From Escherichia phage vB_EcoM_FT: a stretch of 64,000 nucleotides of DNA. A program made the translations under genes and the position numbers. Below are positions 37,269 to 48,301 of the stretch, piece after piece (the first letter of the stretch is position 1; the number at the start of each line of letters is the position of its first letter). Under the pieces are notes generated by a model. The model was not told the DNA's origin. It saw only the letters and a program-made list of their open reading frames with translations, and searched no databases. The DNA is taken from sequence record MT682710.1; one strand, written 5' to 3'.

Positions 37269-37462
37269 ACTAATTCCTTTAATCCGTAAATAGGAGATAA
37301 TTCATCACCCATACGAAGGTCTTCATTTCCATCTACCCAGGAAACAATATAAGCCTCTTTTATTTGAATACCACTCCATTTAAATGGAGGTAGAACCTTA
37401 GAAATTAATCCAGGTATACCAACTCCCTTTAATTCAACAGTTTGACCTAAAAAGAATTTCAT
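37265..37462 (-). CDS. hypothetical small protein
   Basis: 65-aa ORF, overlapping operon. Confidence 0.5.
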   Translation of the reverse strand: MKFFLGQTVELKGVGIPGLISKVLPPFKWSGIQIKEAYIVSWVDGNEDLRMGDELSPIYGLKELV

Positions 37463-37782
37463 TAGAACCTCATCTGAAAACCATGCGATTTAACATTACC
37501 ACCGCCAATATCAGAAATGTTAATTTCACTCGCAATCGAAGGATCGATGTCAATTTCGCGATTGAGTTTAGTGATAGCTAAAGTATCACGCCCATTTACT
37601 GTACGGAATTCTAAAGGACAAACCACATCAACGTAATTTTTAATCGATTCACTGGTAGGTTGCAAATGAGCAGGAAGGTCTTTGGGCGCCTTTGAGAAAA
37701 CCACTTCACAGAAATTTTTACGGGTATCAAAATAAGTAGTCATAAACATGGTATTTTCCTCAGTAAGGGGCCGAAGCCCCAT
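37462..37782 (-). CDS. hypothetical protein
   Basis: 106-aa ORF; start may be an internal Met. Confidence 0.5.
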   Translation of the reverse strand: MGLRPLTEENTMFMTTYFDTRKNFCEVVFSKAPKDLPAHLQPTSESIKNYVDVVCPLEFRTVNGRDTLAITKLNREIDIDPSIASEINISDIGGGNVKSHGFQMRF

Positions 37783-37788
37783 TTTATT

Positions 37789-38154
37789 TTAAATATCAAA
37801 TTCATTAAGAACTACATCAAAGATTGCTTCGAGATGTTCAGGTTTAGCTCTGTTACTCAGAATATGACGAATCCAAGTTTTAACCAAAAGCTTGCGATTA
37901 GCACCATTCCAACAAGGATGAGTCCCTAAATCGCGTTGACGAAAATCATCATCCAGAGCGATTTTAAAGTTGGAACCTTCCATTGTGATTGAAACCGTGA
38001 TGCCATTTTCAAATCGCATATAAACGTAATTAGGAGTCATATACTGTTCAATTTCGCATACTGATCCATTTTGATGTTTCCAAAGGCAAATAGTATCAAT
38101 AGAACCTGCAATACCATTAGAAACATATTTACGTTCAAAGTTGATGTAGTTCAT
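37789..38154 (-). CDS. hypothetical protein
   Basis: 121-aa ORF downstream of an early promoter; GGAG RBS. Confidence 0.6.
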   Translation of the reverse strand: MNYINFERKYVSNGIAGSIDTICLWKHQNGSVCEIEQYMTPNYVYMRFENGITVSITMEGSNFKIALDDDFRQRDLGTHPCWNGANRKLLVKTWIRHILSNRAKPEHLEAIFDVVLNEFDI

Positions 38155-38190
38155 TTTTATTCTCCAAGATGTTTAATTGCGGTACAGGTA

Positions 38191-38220
38191 TATAATATCA
38201 TATCCTGTACCAAAGTAAAC
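38191..38220 (-). promoter_or_regulatory. early promoter candidate (GTTTAC -35, TATTAT -10)
   Basis: Minus strand GTTTAC then TATTAT; -10 lies inside an 8-bp inverted repeat GGTACAGG/CCTGTACC. Confidence 0.5.
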
Positions 38221-38222
38221 AA

Positions 38223-38555
38223 TTATTTTACTACTTTCCAATGCTGCATGTCAAGTTTACCAACTTTTTTCATCTTCTCAATTAAGCGTTCTGCACGTTG
38301 GCGAGCTGTAACATAATGCCATTCGCCTAATTCATTTTGTTCAATTTTTCCAACGATTACTGTATTCAATTCATAAATCCAACCAGTAAAGAAATTATGA
38401 ACTTGAATTGTAAAGGTGAAATCTGTTCCCATACCTTCTGTTGTTTCTACTTCAATAATATCACCTTCAACTGCCATTAAGAACCACATAGTTTCGTTAT
38501 ATTCACCATTGAAGCATTTAGCTTTAACTGCAGCGTTCAGATTAATCGTTTTCAT
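38223..38555 (-). CDS. hypothetical protein
   Basis: 110-aa ORF downstream of an early promoter; GGAG RBS. Confidence 0.6.
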   Translation of the reverse strand: MKTINLNAAVKAKCFNGEYNETMWFLMAVEGDIIEVETTEGMGTDFTFTIQVHNFFTGWIYELNTVIVGKIEQNELGEWHYVTARQRAERLIEKMKKVGKLDMQHWKVVK

Positions 38556-38582
38556 TTTATTCTCCTTTGTTTGTGTAAGATA

Positions 38583-38612
38583 ATACTATCACAAAGGAAC
38601 CATACTGTAAAC
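38583..38612 (-). promoter_or_regulatory. early promoter: GTTTAC-N18-TAGTAT
   Basis: Minus strand; just downstream of a terminator and upstream of the 110-aa ORF. Confidence 0.6.
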
Positions 38613-38630
38613 AACTTTATGCAATCTTTG

Positions 38631-38660
38631 GAAAATAAAAAAGGACTCCCGAAGGAGTCC
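38631..38660 (-). terminator. rho-independent terminator on minus strand
   Basis: Minus strand GGACUCC-UUCG-GGAGUCC followed by UUUUUUAUUUU. Confidence 0.75.
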
Positions 38661-38665
38661 TCAAC

Positions 38666-38884
38666 TTATGCTTTCTGCTTACCAAAACGAGAAGCATCAT
38701 CTCGAAGAACCGCACGTGCTCGGCGCATGATCTTCTCAACAGTTTGATTGATACGAGAGTTCGACCCACGCTTGTAGCCAGCGCGTTTAGAATCACCAAC
38801 TTTCTTTTCAACTGCTTTCTTTGCTTTAACTTGTTTTGCCATTATAAATTCTCTTTTAAATGAAAATGCAGGACTTATTGGCAT
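38666..38884 (-). CDS. small highly basic protein
   Basis: 72-aa ORF, or 58 aa from MAKQVKAKK... at 38842; K/R-rich; terminator hairpin downstream. Confidence 0.5.
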   Translation of the reverse strand: MPISPAFSFKREFIMAKQVKAKKAVEKKVGDSKRAGYKRGSNSRINQTVEKIMRRARAVLRDDASRFGKQKA

Positions 38885-39086
38885 TGCCTGCGAAAGCCCT
38901 CAAAGGGGTACTTAGGTTTTGAATATTTACCGACAGGATAACCATAAACCCGTCATCATTCACATTCAAGAGGTACACCATAAAACTGCCGGGGTCTTAA
39001 AACTATAATGATTCGCAAATCATTAATCAGACAGTTCGATGGCTCCTCGATTTTAGCTCACACTAAGGCAGTGAATCTCCAATAAA

Positions 39087-39335
39087 TTACTTCAGTGTTA
39101 CCACAAAGTGACGAACTGCTTTTCGTGCAGCAGAAGCCAGAGGCTTAGCATACTTAAGTTCATCTTTTTCCTGAAGCTCAGCGGCTAATGCAGTTTGAGC
39201 AGGATTTAGATGTTTGAAATAACGCAGGATTTCAAGAGCTTCGGCTTCAACATCAATAGATGCGCCATAGTTTTCGTGACCATTATTCCATGCGTTTCGT
39301 TGCAGTTCAAGAGCGTGTTGTAATTGTTTAATCAT
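39087..39335 (-). CDS. rIII: rIII lysis-inhibition accessory protein
   Basis: 82 aa, MIKQLQHALELQRNAWNNGHENYG...; T4 rIII length and position next to gene 31. Confidence 0.85.
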   Translation of the reverse strand: MIKQLQHALELQRNAWNNGHENYGASIDVEAEALEILRYFKHLNPAQTALAAELQEKDELKYAKPLASAARKAVRHFVVTLK

Positions 39336-39476
39336 TTAAAAATTCTCGTTAGAGATTAAAACTCGGTAGTCACGTTCTTCTGAATTTCATCTTCTTTCGA
39401 CAGATCTCTCAGTTGTAGACTACCACATAGAATTGTTCGGTTAACTTATTATTCCGACACCCAATTCATATTATTA

Positions 39477-39484
39477 TTTATATC
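39477..39484 (-). promoter_or_regulatory. candidate late promoter for rIII, overlapping the gene 31 stop
   Basis: TATAAATA on minus strand; ~140-nt leader to the rIII ATG. Confidence 0.5.
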
Positions 39485-39818
39485 ACTTATAAAGACACGG
39501 AATAGCTTTATAATGACAGGTAACGAATTTTTGTTTAATTTCTTTTGGCTGCTTAAGACCCAGAGCTACAAAAGGATGCGGAACGTTTCGAATTTGACCA
39601 ACTGGAAGAGAAGTCAAATCACCAACTTCGCAGAAACCTTCAGGAACATCAGGACCGACAGAGTGAATTACACACAGTTCAGGAACTTCACCTTGAACAC
39701 GTTTACCGATAATAAGTCCTGATTCTGTAACTTCTTCATCACCAGCCTGTGCAGGTTCAGAAACTAAAATAACATATTCACCGACAGCACGAATTGGTAG
39801 CTGTTGTACTTCAGACAT
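39483..39818 (-). CDS. 31: co-chaperonin gp31 (GroES analogue)
   Basis: 111 aa; T4 gp31 length; MotA-type middle promoter upstream. Confidence 0.92.
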   Translation of the reverse strand: MSEVQQLPIRAVGEYVILVSEPAQAGDEEVTESGLIIGKRVQGEVPELCVIHSVGPDVPEGFCEVGDLTSLPVGQIRNVPHPFVALGLKQPKEIKQKFVTCHYKAIPCLYK

Positions 39819-39848
39819 CGTTTTTCCTTTTTGTTAATAGATGAATTA

Positions 39849-39873
39849 ATAATAACAAATAATTCTTAAAGCA
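39849..39873 (-). promoter_or_regulatory. middle (MotA-dependent) promoter for gene 31
   Basis: Minus strand aaaTGCTTTA, 12-nt spacer, TATTAT. Confidence 0.55.
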
Positions 39874-39874
39874 T

Positions 39875-40183
39875 TTATTTACCAATAAATTGGAGCAAAT
39901 GCTCAACTTTCATACCATTAACGGAAATCAATTTGTCAATAGAAAAACCTCGCCATGCGCCAAGTTCAACATCAAATACTGGAATCATGTCAGTAGATTC
40001 TTTCCGAGTAGATTCAGTCAATTTACCAGTTTGCATGGTTGGCATAAAGTCTGCATCACGAGTACCTTTCATAGTACGAATAGTACCATCAGACTTTTCA
40101 AAAACTACGTTTGAAACACCCATGGACAATTTAGTTTTCAAAATTTCGCGAATTGCTACTTTCTGCTCAGTTGTCAGTTTCAT
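39875..40183 (-). CDS. hypothetical protein (31.1-like)
   Basis: 102-aa ORF. Confidence 0.6.
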   Translation of the reverse strand: MKLTTEQKVAIREILKTKLSMGVSNVVFEKSDGTIRTMKGTRDADFMPTMQTGKLTESTRKESTDMIPVFDVELGAWRGFSIDKLISVNGMKVEHLLQFIGK

Positions 40184-40420
40184 TTATTTACCTATTACAG
40201 TTTTAATATGAGTTGTTCCACGTTCTTTAAGGGTGGAAAGTAATTTTTGGCATTTTTCTAAATCAGATTTCCAACTATATGGTCTATCAATACAAACCCA
40301 ATTTGTCTTATAATACTGTTTCCATTTAGAGAAAAAATATTTCTTATACTCTACAGCAAACGAGATGTTCTCATTAGAATAAGAACTAATTGCTGTGAGC
40401 TTTACCAAACGAAATTTCAT
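40184..40420 (-). CDS. hypothetical protein (31.2-like)
   Basis: 78-aa ORF. Confidence 0.55.
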   Translation of the reverse strand: MKFRLVKLTAISSYSNENISFAVEYKKYFFSKWKQYYKTNWVCIDRPYSWKSDLEKCQKLLSTLKERGTTHIKTVIGK

Positions 40421-41001
40421 TATTCACCACAGAATTCGTTGATATTTTCCCAGTTTAACTTATTCAAGTTTTTCTTAGGAACATTAAACACTTCAATACC
40501 TGCATTTCGCAGAATATCATCCCAGCCAGGTTTATTTTTATCGTATGTTTCGCAATAAACCAGCTTTTTAATACCAGATTGAGCTATTGCTTTTGCACAA
40601 TCTGGACAGGGAGAAAGTGTTACATACATAGTAGCACCTTCAATAGAAGAACCATTTCGTGCAGCAAACAAAATTGCATTTAGTTCAGCATGAATTTCAT
40701 TTTTAGACGACCATTCAGAGTGAGCGCTACGGTGTTCTTTCGCCAAGACAAAACGATCAGTTGAACCAAATGATACACATTCAGGCTTATGGCCTTGAAT
40801 GATAGTGTGTTTAGGCTTATTCAACAACCATCCTTGCTCAGCAGCATAATCACAACAGTTCACACCCCCTGCGGGGGAACCATTATATCCGGTAGAAATA
40901 ATACGTCCATTCTTTTCAATTACTGCTCCTACCTTCCAGGAGCAACACTTTGATTCTTGTGATACTAAATATGCAATTTGAAGTACTGTACTCGCTTTCA
41001 T
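40420..41001 (-). CDS. cd: dCMP deaminase
   Basis: 193 aa; zinc-binding HAE ... PCxxC motifs; T4 Cd length. Confidence 0.93.
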   Translation of the reverse strand: MKASTVLQIAYLVSQESKCCSWKVGAVIEKNGRIISTGYNGSPAGGVNCCDYAAEQGWLLNKPKHTIIQGHKPECVSFGSTDRFVLAKEHRSAHSEWSSKNEIHAELNAILFAARNGSSIEGATMYVTLSPCPDCAKAIAQSGIKKLVYCETYDKNKPGWDDILRNAGIEVFNVPKKNLNKLNWENINEFCGE

Positions 41002-41336
41002 TTCATAATCACCAGATAAGCAGATTTAGCAGTTTCAACACGATAAATTTCGTGACGAAGTTTAGTTATACTTTTAATAACAGAACTAATTATATTCTGT
41101 CCGTCTTTAAAGCGGTTTTTCTTATCAATAAAAATTGCACCAACCATCTTTTTGTGAAGCTCAACTGGATACTTCGTCACAATAATAGCATCATACACAG
41201 AAGGATGAATACTATTTACTAGAGTGTCATTCATTAAAGTTATTCTAATGAACTGTGCTGTTTCAGAGTCAAGCGCTCTATGATCGCCAGTATCATTTTC
41301 AAGACAATTATCAATTATATCAGTTAAATTCATCAT
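40998..41336 (-). CDS. hypothetical protein
   Basis: 112-aa ORF overlapping cd start. Confidence 0.55.
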   Translation of the reverse strand: MMNLTDIIDNCLENDTGDHRALDSETAQFIRITLMNDTLVNSIHPSVYDAIIVTKYPVELHKKMVGAIFIDKKNRFKDGQNIISSVIKSITKLRHEIYRVETAKSAYLVIMK

Positions 41337-41569
41337 AGTACGCCATACACCCTTTGTGCTTCAACTAATCCATCAAAATCCAATTTGAGATGTGTTATTT
41401 GGTCACCATCACCTGGATTCACAATTACTAATACTGAACGAGGAGTTTCGGTAATAACACGAACCGATGTTTCAGGAAATCGTTCAGAAACCTTATTTAC
41501 CAATTCCTGCGCAAATAGCTTAACTTTTTCTTGGAATTCTTTAACAGTAATTGGTTTTTCACTTAGCAT
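41333..41569 (-). CDS. hypothetical protein
   Basis: 78-aa ORF. Confidence 0.55.
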   Translation of the reverse strand: MLSEKPITVKEFQEKVKLFAQELVNKVSERFPETSVRVITETPRSVLVIVNPGDGDQITHLKLDFDGLVEAQRVYGVL

Positions 41570-42090
41570 GTTGATCCCAGCTCCTTACTTTCAACGTTTT
41601 TAACTAATTTGACAGAAACTAATTCAGCATCTTGAGTAATCATTACCGGGCCTTCTTCATACTCTTCAAGATATTCTAGAGCTTTCTTTTTAGCTTCTTC
41701 CTTCGTATCAGTTTGAGCATAGATATAAAACATACAACCAGTAATACCTACTACTTTCCACTTAATTTCTTTATCAGTTTTAATTTCAAATTTACTTACA
41801 GAATCATCTTTTTGAACTTCTTCGAAAAAAGAATATTCTAACATATAAGCAATTGAAAATAACGGGCTAACTTTATAGGATTCACCCATTACATCAACAG
41901 CTTTATACCAACAATCATCAATTTCGCGTTTAATGCTAATAACATTTTTCGCAGGATCTATTTTTACTTTAAATGAATTTTCCCCAATAAACTGGGCAAT
42001 TCGTTTATTAGCCCCGCAAGTTTCATTAAAAATATCTTTATATCCAGCTTTAAAGCGATAAACCTTATCTTCTTCAAACCATTCGCTCAT
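41563..42090 (-). CDS. hypothetical protein
   Basis: 175 aa from ATG at 42090 (GAGGAAA RBS); early promoter just upstream. Confidence 0.6.
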   Translation of the reverse strand: MSEWFEEDKVYRFKAGYKDIFNETCGANKRIAQFIGENSFKVKIDPAKNVISIKREIDDCWYKAVDVMGESYKVSPLFSIAYMLEYSFFEEVQKDDSVSKFEIKTDKEIKWKVVGITGCMFYIYAQTDTKEEAKKKALEYLEEYEEGPVMITQDAELVSVKLVKNVESKELGSTC

Positions 42091-42120
42091 TTTCAATTTC
42101 CTCATTTGTTTGGTAGAGCT

Positions 42121-42150
42121 ATAATATCACAACTCTACCGTAAAGTAAAC
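42121..42150 (-). promoter_or_regulatory. early promoter candidate: GTTTAC-N18-TATTAT
   Basis: Minus strand; upstream of the 175-aa ORF. Confidence 0.55.
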
Positions 42151-42152
42151 TA

Positions 42153-42428
42153 TTAAATCGCTTTGAATTCCGCAGTTTGAGATTCAAAGCGAATGTCGCC
42201 TTTGATAACTAGCTCAGCATCAAGACCAAATACGACAATGATATGCGCGGAACCTGGATACAACGTGATGGCAACAGAATCCACCTGGTCTGGAAGCAAA
42301 GTATTCAATACATGAGTCACTTGAGCATGGATTCGAAGCTCAGCTGCATTATCAAGTTTTTCAAACATATTATTAGCGATAATTTGACTAAACACTACTT
42401 CTACGATTTTAGAATAAGTCGGAAACAT
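42153..42428 (-). CDS. hypothetical protein
   Basis: 91-aa ORF. Confidence 0.55.
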   Translation of the reverse strand: MFPTYSKIVEVVFSQIIANNMFEKLDNAAELRIHAQVTHVLNTLLPDQVDSVAITLYPGSAHIIVVFGLDAELVIKGDIRFESQTAEFKAI

Positions 42429-42430
42429 AT

Positions 42431-42623
42431 TTACCTCACATAATTTTCTTCAAGCCAATCAATAACATCCAAAGCGTTATCAAAAGTTGAACCATCTACT
42501 CTGTCTTCTGTTTTATAATCAAGAACATCTAAGCCTACTCTTCCATCAACAATAGGCCATAAACAAAATAGATATTTCTTTTCTTTTTCAATTTTATCAC
42601 AAAGACGATAAATCTTTTCTAGG

Positions 42624-42631
<8 letters not shown>
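42431..42631 (-). CDS. hypothetical protein
   Basis: 66-aa ORF. Confidence 0.5.
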
Positions 42632-44021
<1,390 letters not shown>

Positions 44022-44025
<4 letters not shown>

Positions 44026-44252
44026 TTATTTTTCTCAACTAATGATTGAATATAATCATATAGGTCTTTAGATGCTTTGCCCCACTTATTTTGATATTCA
44101 TTTTTAAGATTAGCACGTGATTGAGCTAATAAAACATCATTAGTTGGAGGTAAAGATTCTAACCGCTGAATCTGGCGTCCATAAATCATTGCAGCCATCT
44201 CGGATTCATAAATCAATCCTTTGAGATGTTCAAATTGATGCCATGAAATCAT
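44022..44252 (-). CDS. hypothetical protein
   Basis: 76-aa ORF. Confidence 0.5.
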
Positions 44253-44548
44253 TTACATTTATCCTCTTTTAACTCTTGACGATAATAACATATCATAGTT
44301 TTCTGGTCATGTACATATCGTTTTACGTCATTAAGCCAAATACGAAATTCCTGAGAATCTTCAAATGGCATACCTACCCAAGCTTTACCATCAATAACTT
44401 TAACTTGCCAAGATAGTTTAGCTTCGTCATATGACTTTATTTGTACAGGCCAATTAGGATGAACTGTTTCTTTCTTTACTTCTAGAGGCTTTGTCGAACA
44501 ACCAACTAGAAGACCAATAGATAATATTACTGCTGATAGTTTAATCAT
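44249..44548 (-). CDS. predicted lipoprotein, outer-membrane spanin-like
   Basis: 99 aa; signal peptide with lipobox LLVGC; immediately follows a TM/coiled-coil ORF. Confidence 0.6.
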   Translation of the reverse strand: MIKLSAVILSIGLLVGCSTKPLEVKKETVHPNWPVQIKSYDEAKLSWQVKVIDGKAWVGMPFEDSQEFRIWLNDVKRYVHDQKTMICYYRQELKEDKCK

Positions 44549-44898
44549 TTAGAAAGGTCCTGGATGTCTTCTGCGAACTTATTGAAGGAGTTGTTGATTT
44601 GTTTTTCAACCAATCCTGGCTTATGAGCCACCACATCCGCCTTCTTTGCATCTTTGCGCAGTTTTTCATTTTCACGCTCAATAGCAGCAATTGCCTCACG
44701 ATTTTTATTATTCATCGCATCAATATAATTATACTGAATTCGCAAATTATTTAATGCTAAGGCGTTTTCATTGGCCGTTTTTGTAATTTCAGTAACTGAT
44801 GTTTCTAATCTTTCTACCTTATTTTTTAAAATAATAGATGTTCCGCCAAATGCTATTACAAGTAATAGCAATCCAGCTGTAAAATTACTTACATGCAT
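44545..44898 (-). CDS. N-terminal transmembrane + coiled-coil protein, inner-membrane spanin-like
   Basis: 117 aa; hydrophobic N-terminus LLLLVIAFGGTSIIL; rest charged helical; overlaps the lipoprotein ORF. Confidence 0.6.
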   Translation of the reverse strand: MHVSNFTAGLLLLVIAFGGTSIILKNKVERLETSVTEITKTANENALALNNLRIQYNYIDAMNNKNREAIAAIERENEKLRKDAKKADVVAHKPGLVEKQINNSFNKFAEDIQDLSK

Positions 44899-45395
44899 AA
44901 AGTTTTAATAACCTCTATAATATCGTCTTGAGAAAGACTGTTAATTAAAATATGATGTTCAGCTGGAGATTTAGAAATTTTAAAACATGCCTCAACATCT
45001 TCTGCCATATCCGATGCGCTACGATTTGGATTACTAATCCCAAGGCGGTGTTTTCCCGTCAAAGGATTAACGATGATATAGCATTTACAACTATTGATAT
45101 GAACATTAGGCTGAGTCTGATTAATGAACACTTCACAATCATACTTAGCGAGTTGATTTTCTAAAAAGACTTTCATCTCCTCAACCGCATCGGGAAGCAT
45201 ATCACGGGCTTGCTCAAGACGACGATTTCGATATTCTTTAACGGTCGTTTTCCGCTTGACTTGCTTAGCTAAATCTTTCTTAAGATCGGTGATATATCCA
45301 ACTCGACGATTTCCTTTGAATACAGAAATCCCATCTGTAGTATCACCGTATGCTTCAACGACCATTTCAGTAGTAATAAGCTGCAAATCCATCAT
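44889..45395 (-). CDS. alc: Alc, transcription terminator on cytosine-containing DNA
   Basis: 168 aa, MMDLQLITTEM...; position between spanin pair and rnlA. Confidence 0.75.
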   Translation of the reverse strand: MMDLQLITTEMVVEAYGDTTDGISVFKGNRRVGYITDLKKDLAKQVKRKTTVKEYRNRRLEQARDMLPDAVEEMKVFLENQLAKYDCEVFINQTQPNVHINSCKCYIIVNPLTGKHRLGISNPNRSASDMAEDVEACFKISKSPAEHHILINSLSQDDIIEVIKTLCM

Positions 45396-45400
45396 AAAGT

Positions 45401-45453
45401 CCTCATGTTATGTCAGTAAGACTACTATAACACAACATGAGGGACTTGTAAAC
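45401..45453 (-). repeat. 53-bp early-promoter repeat, copy 2
   Basis: 51 of 53 nt identical to 29587-29639. Confidence 0.85.
45424..45453 (-). promoter_or_regulatory. early promoter upstream of alc: GTTTAC-N18-TATAGT
   Basis: Minus strand GTTTACAAGTCCCTCATGTTGTGTTATAGT; second copy of the 53-bp repeat. Confidence 0.65.
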
Positions 45454-45456
45454 AGC

Positions 45457-47044
<1,588 letters not shown>

Positions 47045-47052
47045 AATAAAAT

Positions 47053-47066
47053 GGGCCTTGCGGCCC
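47053..47066 (-). other. hairpin (GGGCC-GCAA-GGCCC) between the nrdB stop and denA start, separating a GGAG from the denA ATG
   Basis: Minus strand TAA-GGAGUGGGCCGCAAGGCCCAUUUUAUU-AUG. Confidence 0.55.
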
Positions 47067-47071
47067 ACTCC

Positions 47072-48250
47072 TTAAAAATATTTTTTAAAACTCATCATAA
47101 CTTTATCATCAACATCATTATCAATCTGTGCAACAAGATAAGATGACAGTTCTACTTCTTGCGGCGCGGATTGAACATTATCAGAATTAAGGTATTCACG
47201 AATCCAAGGATATGGATGTTTAACCGGAGCATCGGTAATTGGGCATGGAAGACCACACTGTTTCATACGAGATACAGTTAAGTAATCAATAAAGCTCCAC
47301 ATGCTATTTGTATTTAATCCAGGAACATCGCCATCTTTAAATAAATGAACTGCCCAATCTTTTTCTTGGCGGTTAACTTCCATGAAAATATCAACTGCTT
47401 CTTGTTCACACTCTTGAGCAATTTTAACCCATTCATCACCATCCGTGCCAAGTTGAAGTTGACGAATAATATATTGTGTACCTTTAAGATGAAGCTGCTC
47501 ATCACGTGCAATGAACTTCATAATCTTGGCATTACCTTCCATGATTTCCATGTTCTTATGGAAGTTAAAGGTACATGCGAAAGATACATAAAAACGAATA
47601 GCTTCCAATGCGTTGATTACATGCAAGCAGAGGTAAAGACATTTCATTAAAGCACGTTTAGCTTCGACTTCTTGTTTAATAGCTCGGTTTAAACGAAAGT
47701 CGGCATCAGGAGATTCTTTAGCTAGTTCTACAAATTCTTTAGCATTTTCCCATTCACGGGTTTTAATCAAAACATCATCATAATAACGTCCAATAGATTC
47801 GGCTCGTTTCATAATAGCTTCATCTAATACAATTTCATCAAATACCTTCGATGGATCAGTATAAAGATTTCGCATGATATGTGTATATGAACGACTGTGA
47901 ATAGTTTCACTAAAAGTCCATGTAGCAACCCATGTATCAAGACTTGGGTCTGAAATTAATGACATAAGTACAGCAGATGGCGCACGACCCTGAATGCTAT
48001 CCAAAAGTGATTGATACTTCAGGTTGTTAGTAAAAATATTTTGCTGGTACTGAGGAAGCTTATTAAACTGTGCAGCATCCATCATTAAGTTTACTTCTTC
48101 GGGACGCCAGAAAAATGATAATTGCTTTTCGGTCAAATCTTCAAAAACTTTATGGCGTTGAATATCATAACGCGCAATACCAAGACCTGAACCAAAAAAC
48201 ATAGGTTCTTTTAAAACATCAACTGGATTTGTATTAAAAACTGTGCTCAT
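47072..48250 (-). CDS. nrdB: ribonucleotide reductase small subunit, uninterrupted (no intron)
   Basis: 392-aa continuous ORF. Confidence 0.92.
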   Translation of the reverse strand: MSTVFNTNPVDVLKEPMFFGSGLGIARYDIQRHKVFEDLTEKQLSFFWRPEEVNLMMDAAQFNKLPQYQQNIFTNNLKYQSLLDSIQGRAPSAVLMSLISDPSLDTWVATWTFSETIHSRSYTHIMRNLYTDPSKVFDEIVLDEAIMKRAESIGRYYDDVLIKTREWENAKEFVELAKESPDADFRLNRAIKQEVEAKRALMKCLYLCLHVINALEAIRFYVSFACTFNFHKNMEIMEGNAKIMKFIARDEQLHLKGTQYIIRQLQLGTDGDEWVKIAQECEQEAVDIFMEVNRQEKDWAVHLFKDGDVPGLNTNSMWSFIDYLTVSRMKQCGLPCPITDAPVKHPYPWIREYLNSDNVQSAPQEVELSSYLVAQIDNDVDDKVMMSFKKYF

Positions 48251-48301
48251 AAATTTTCCACTTAGTTAATAGATAGTGACTCGTCCATGAGTCAAATTAT
48301 A

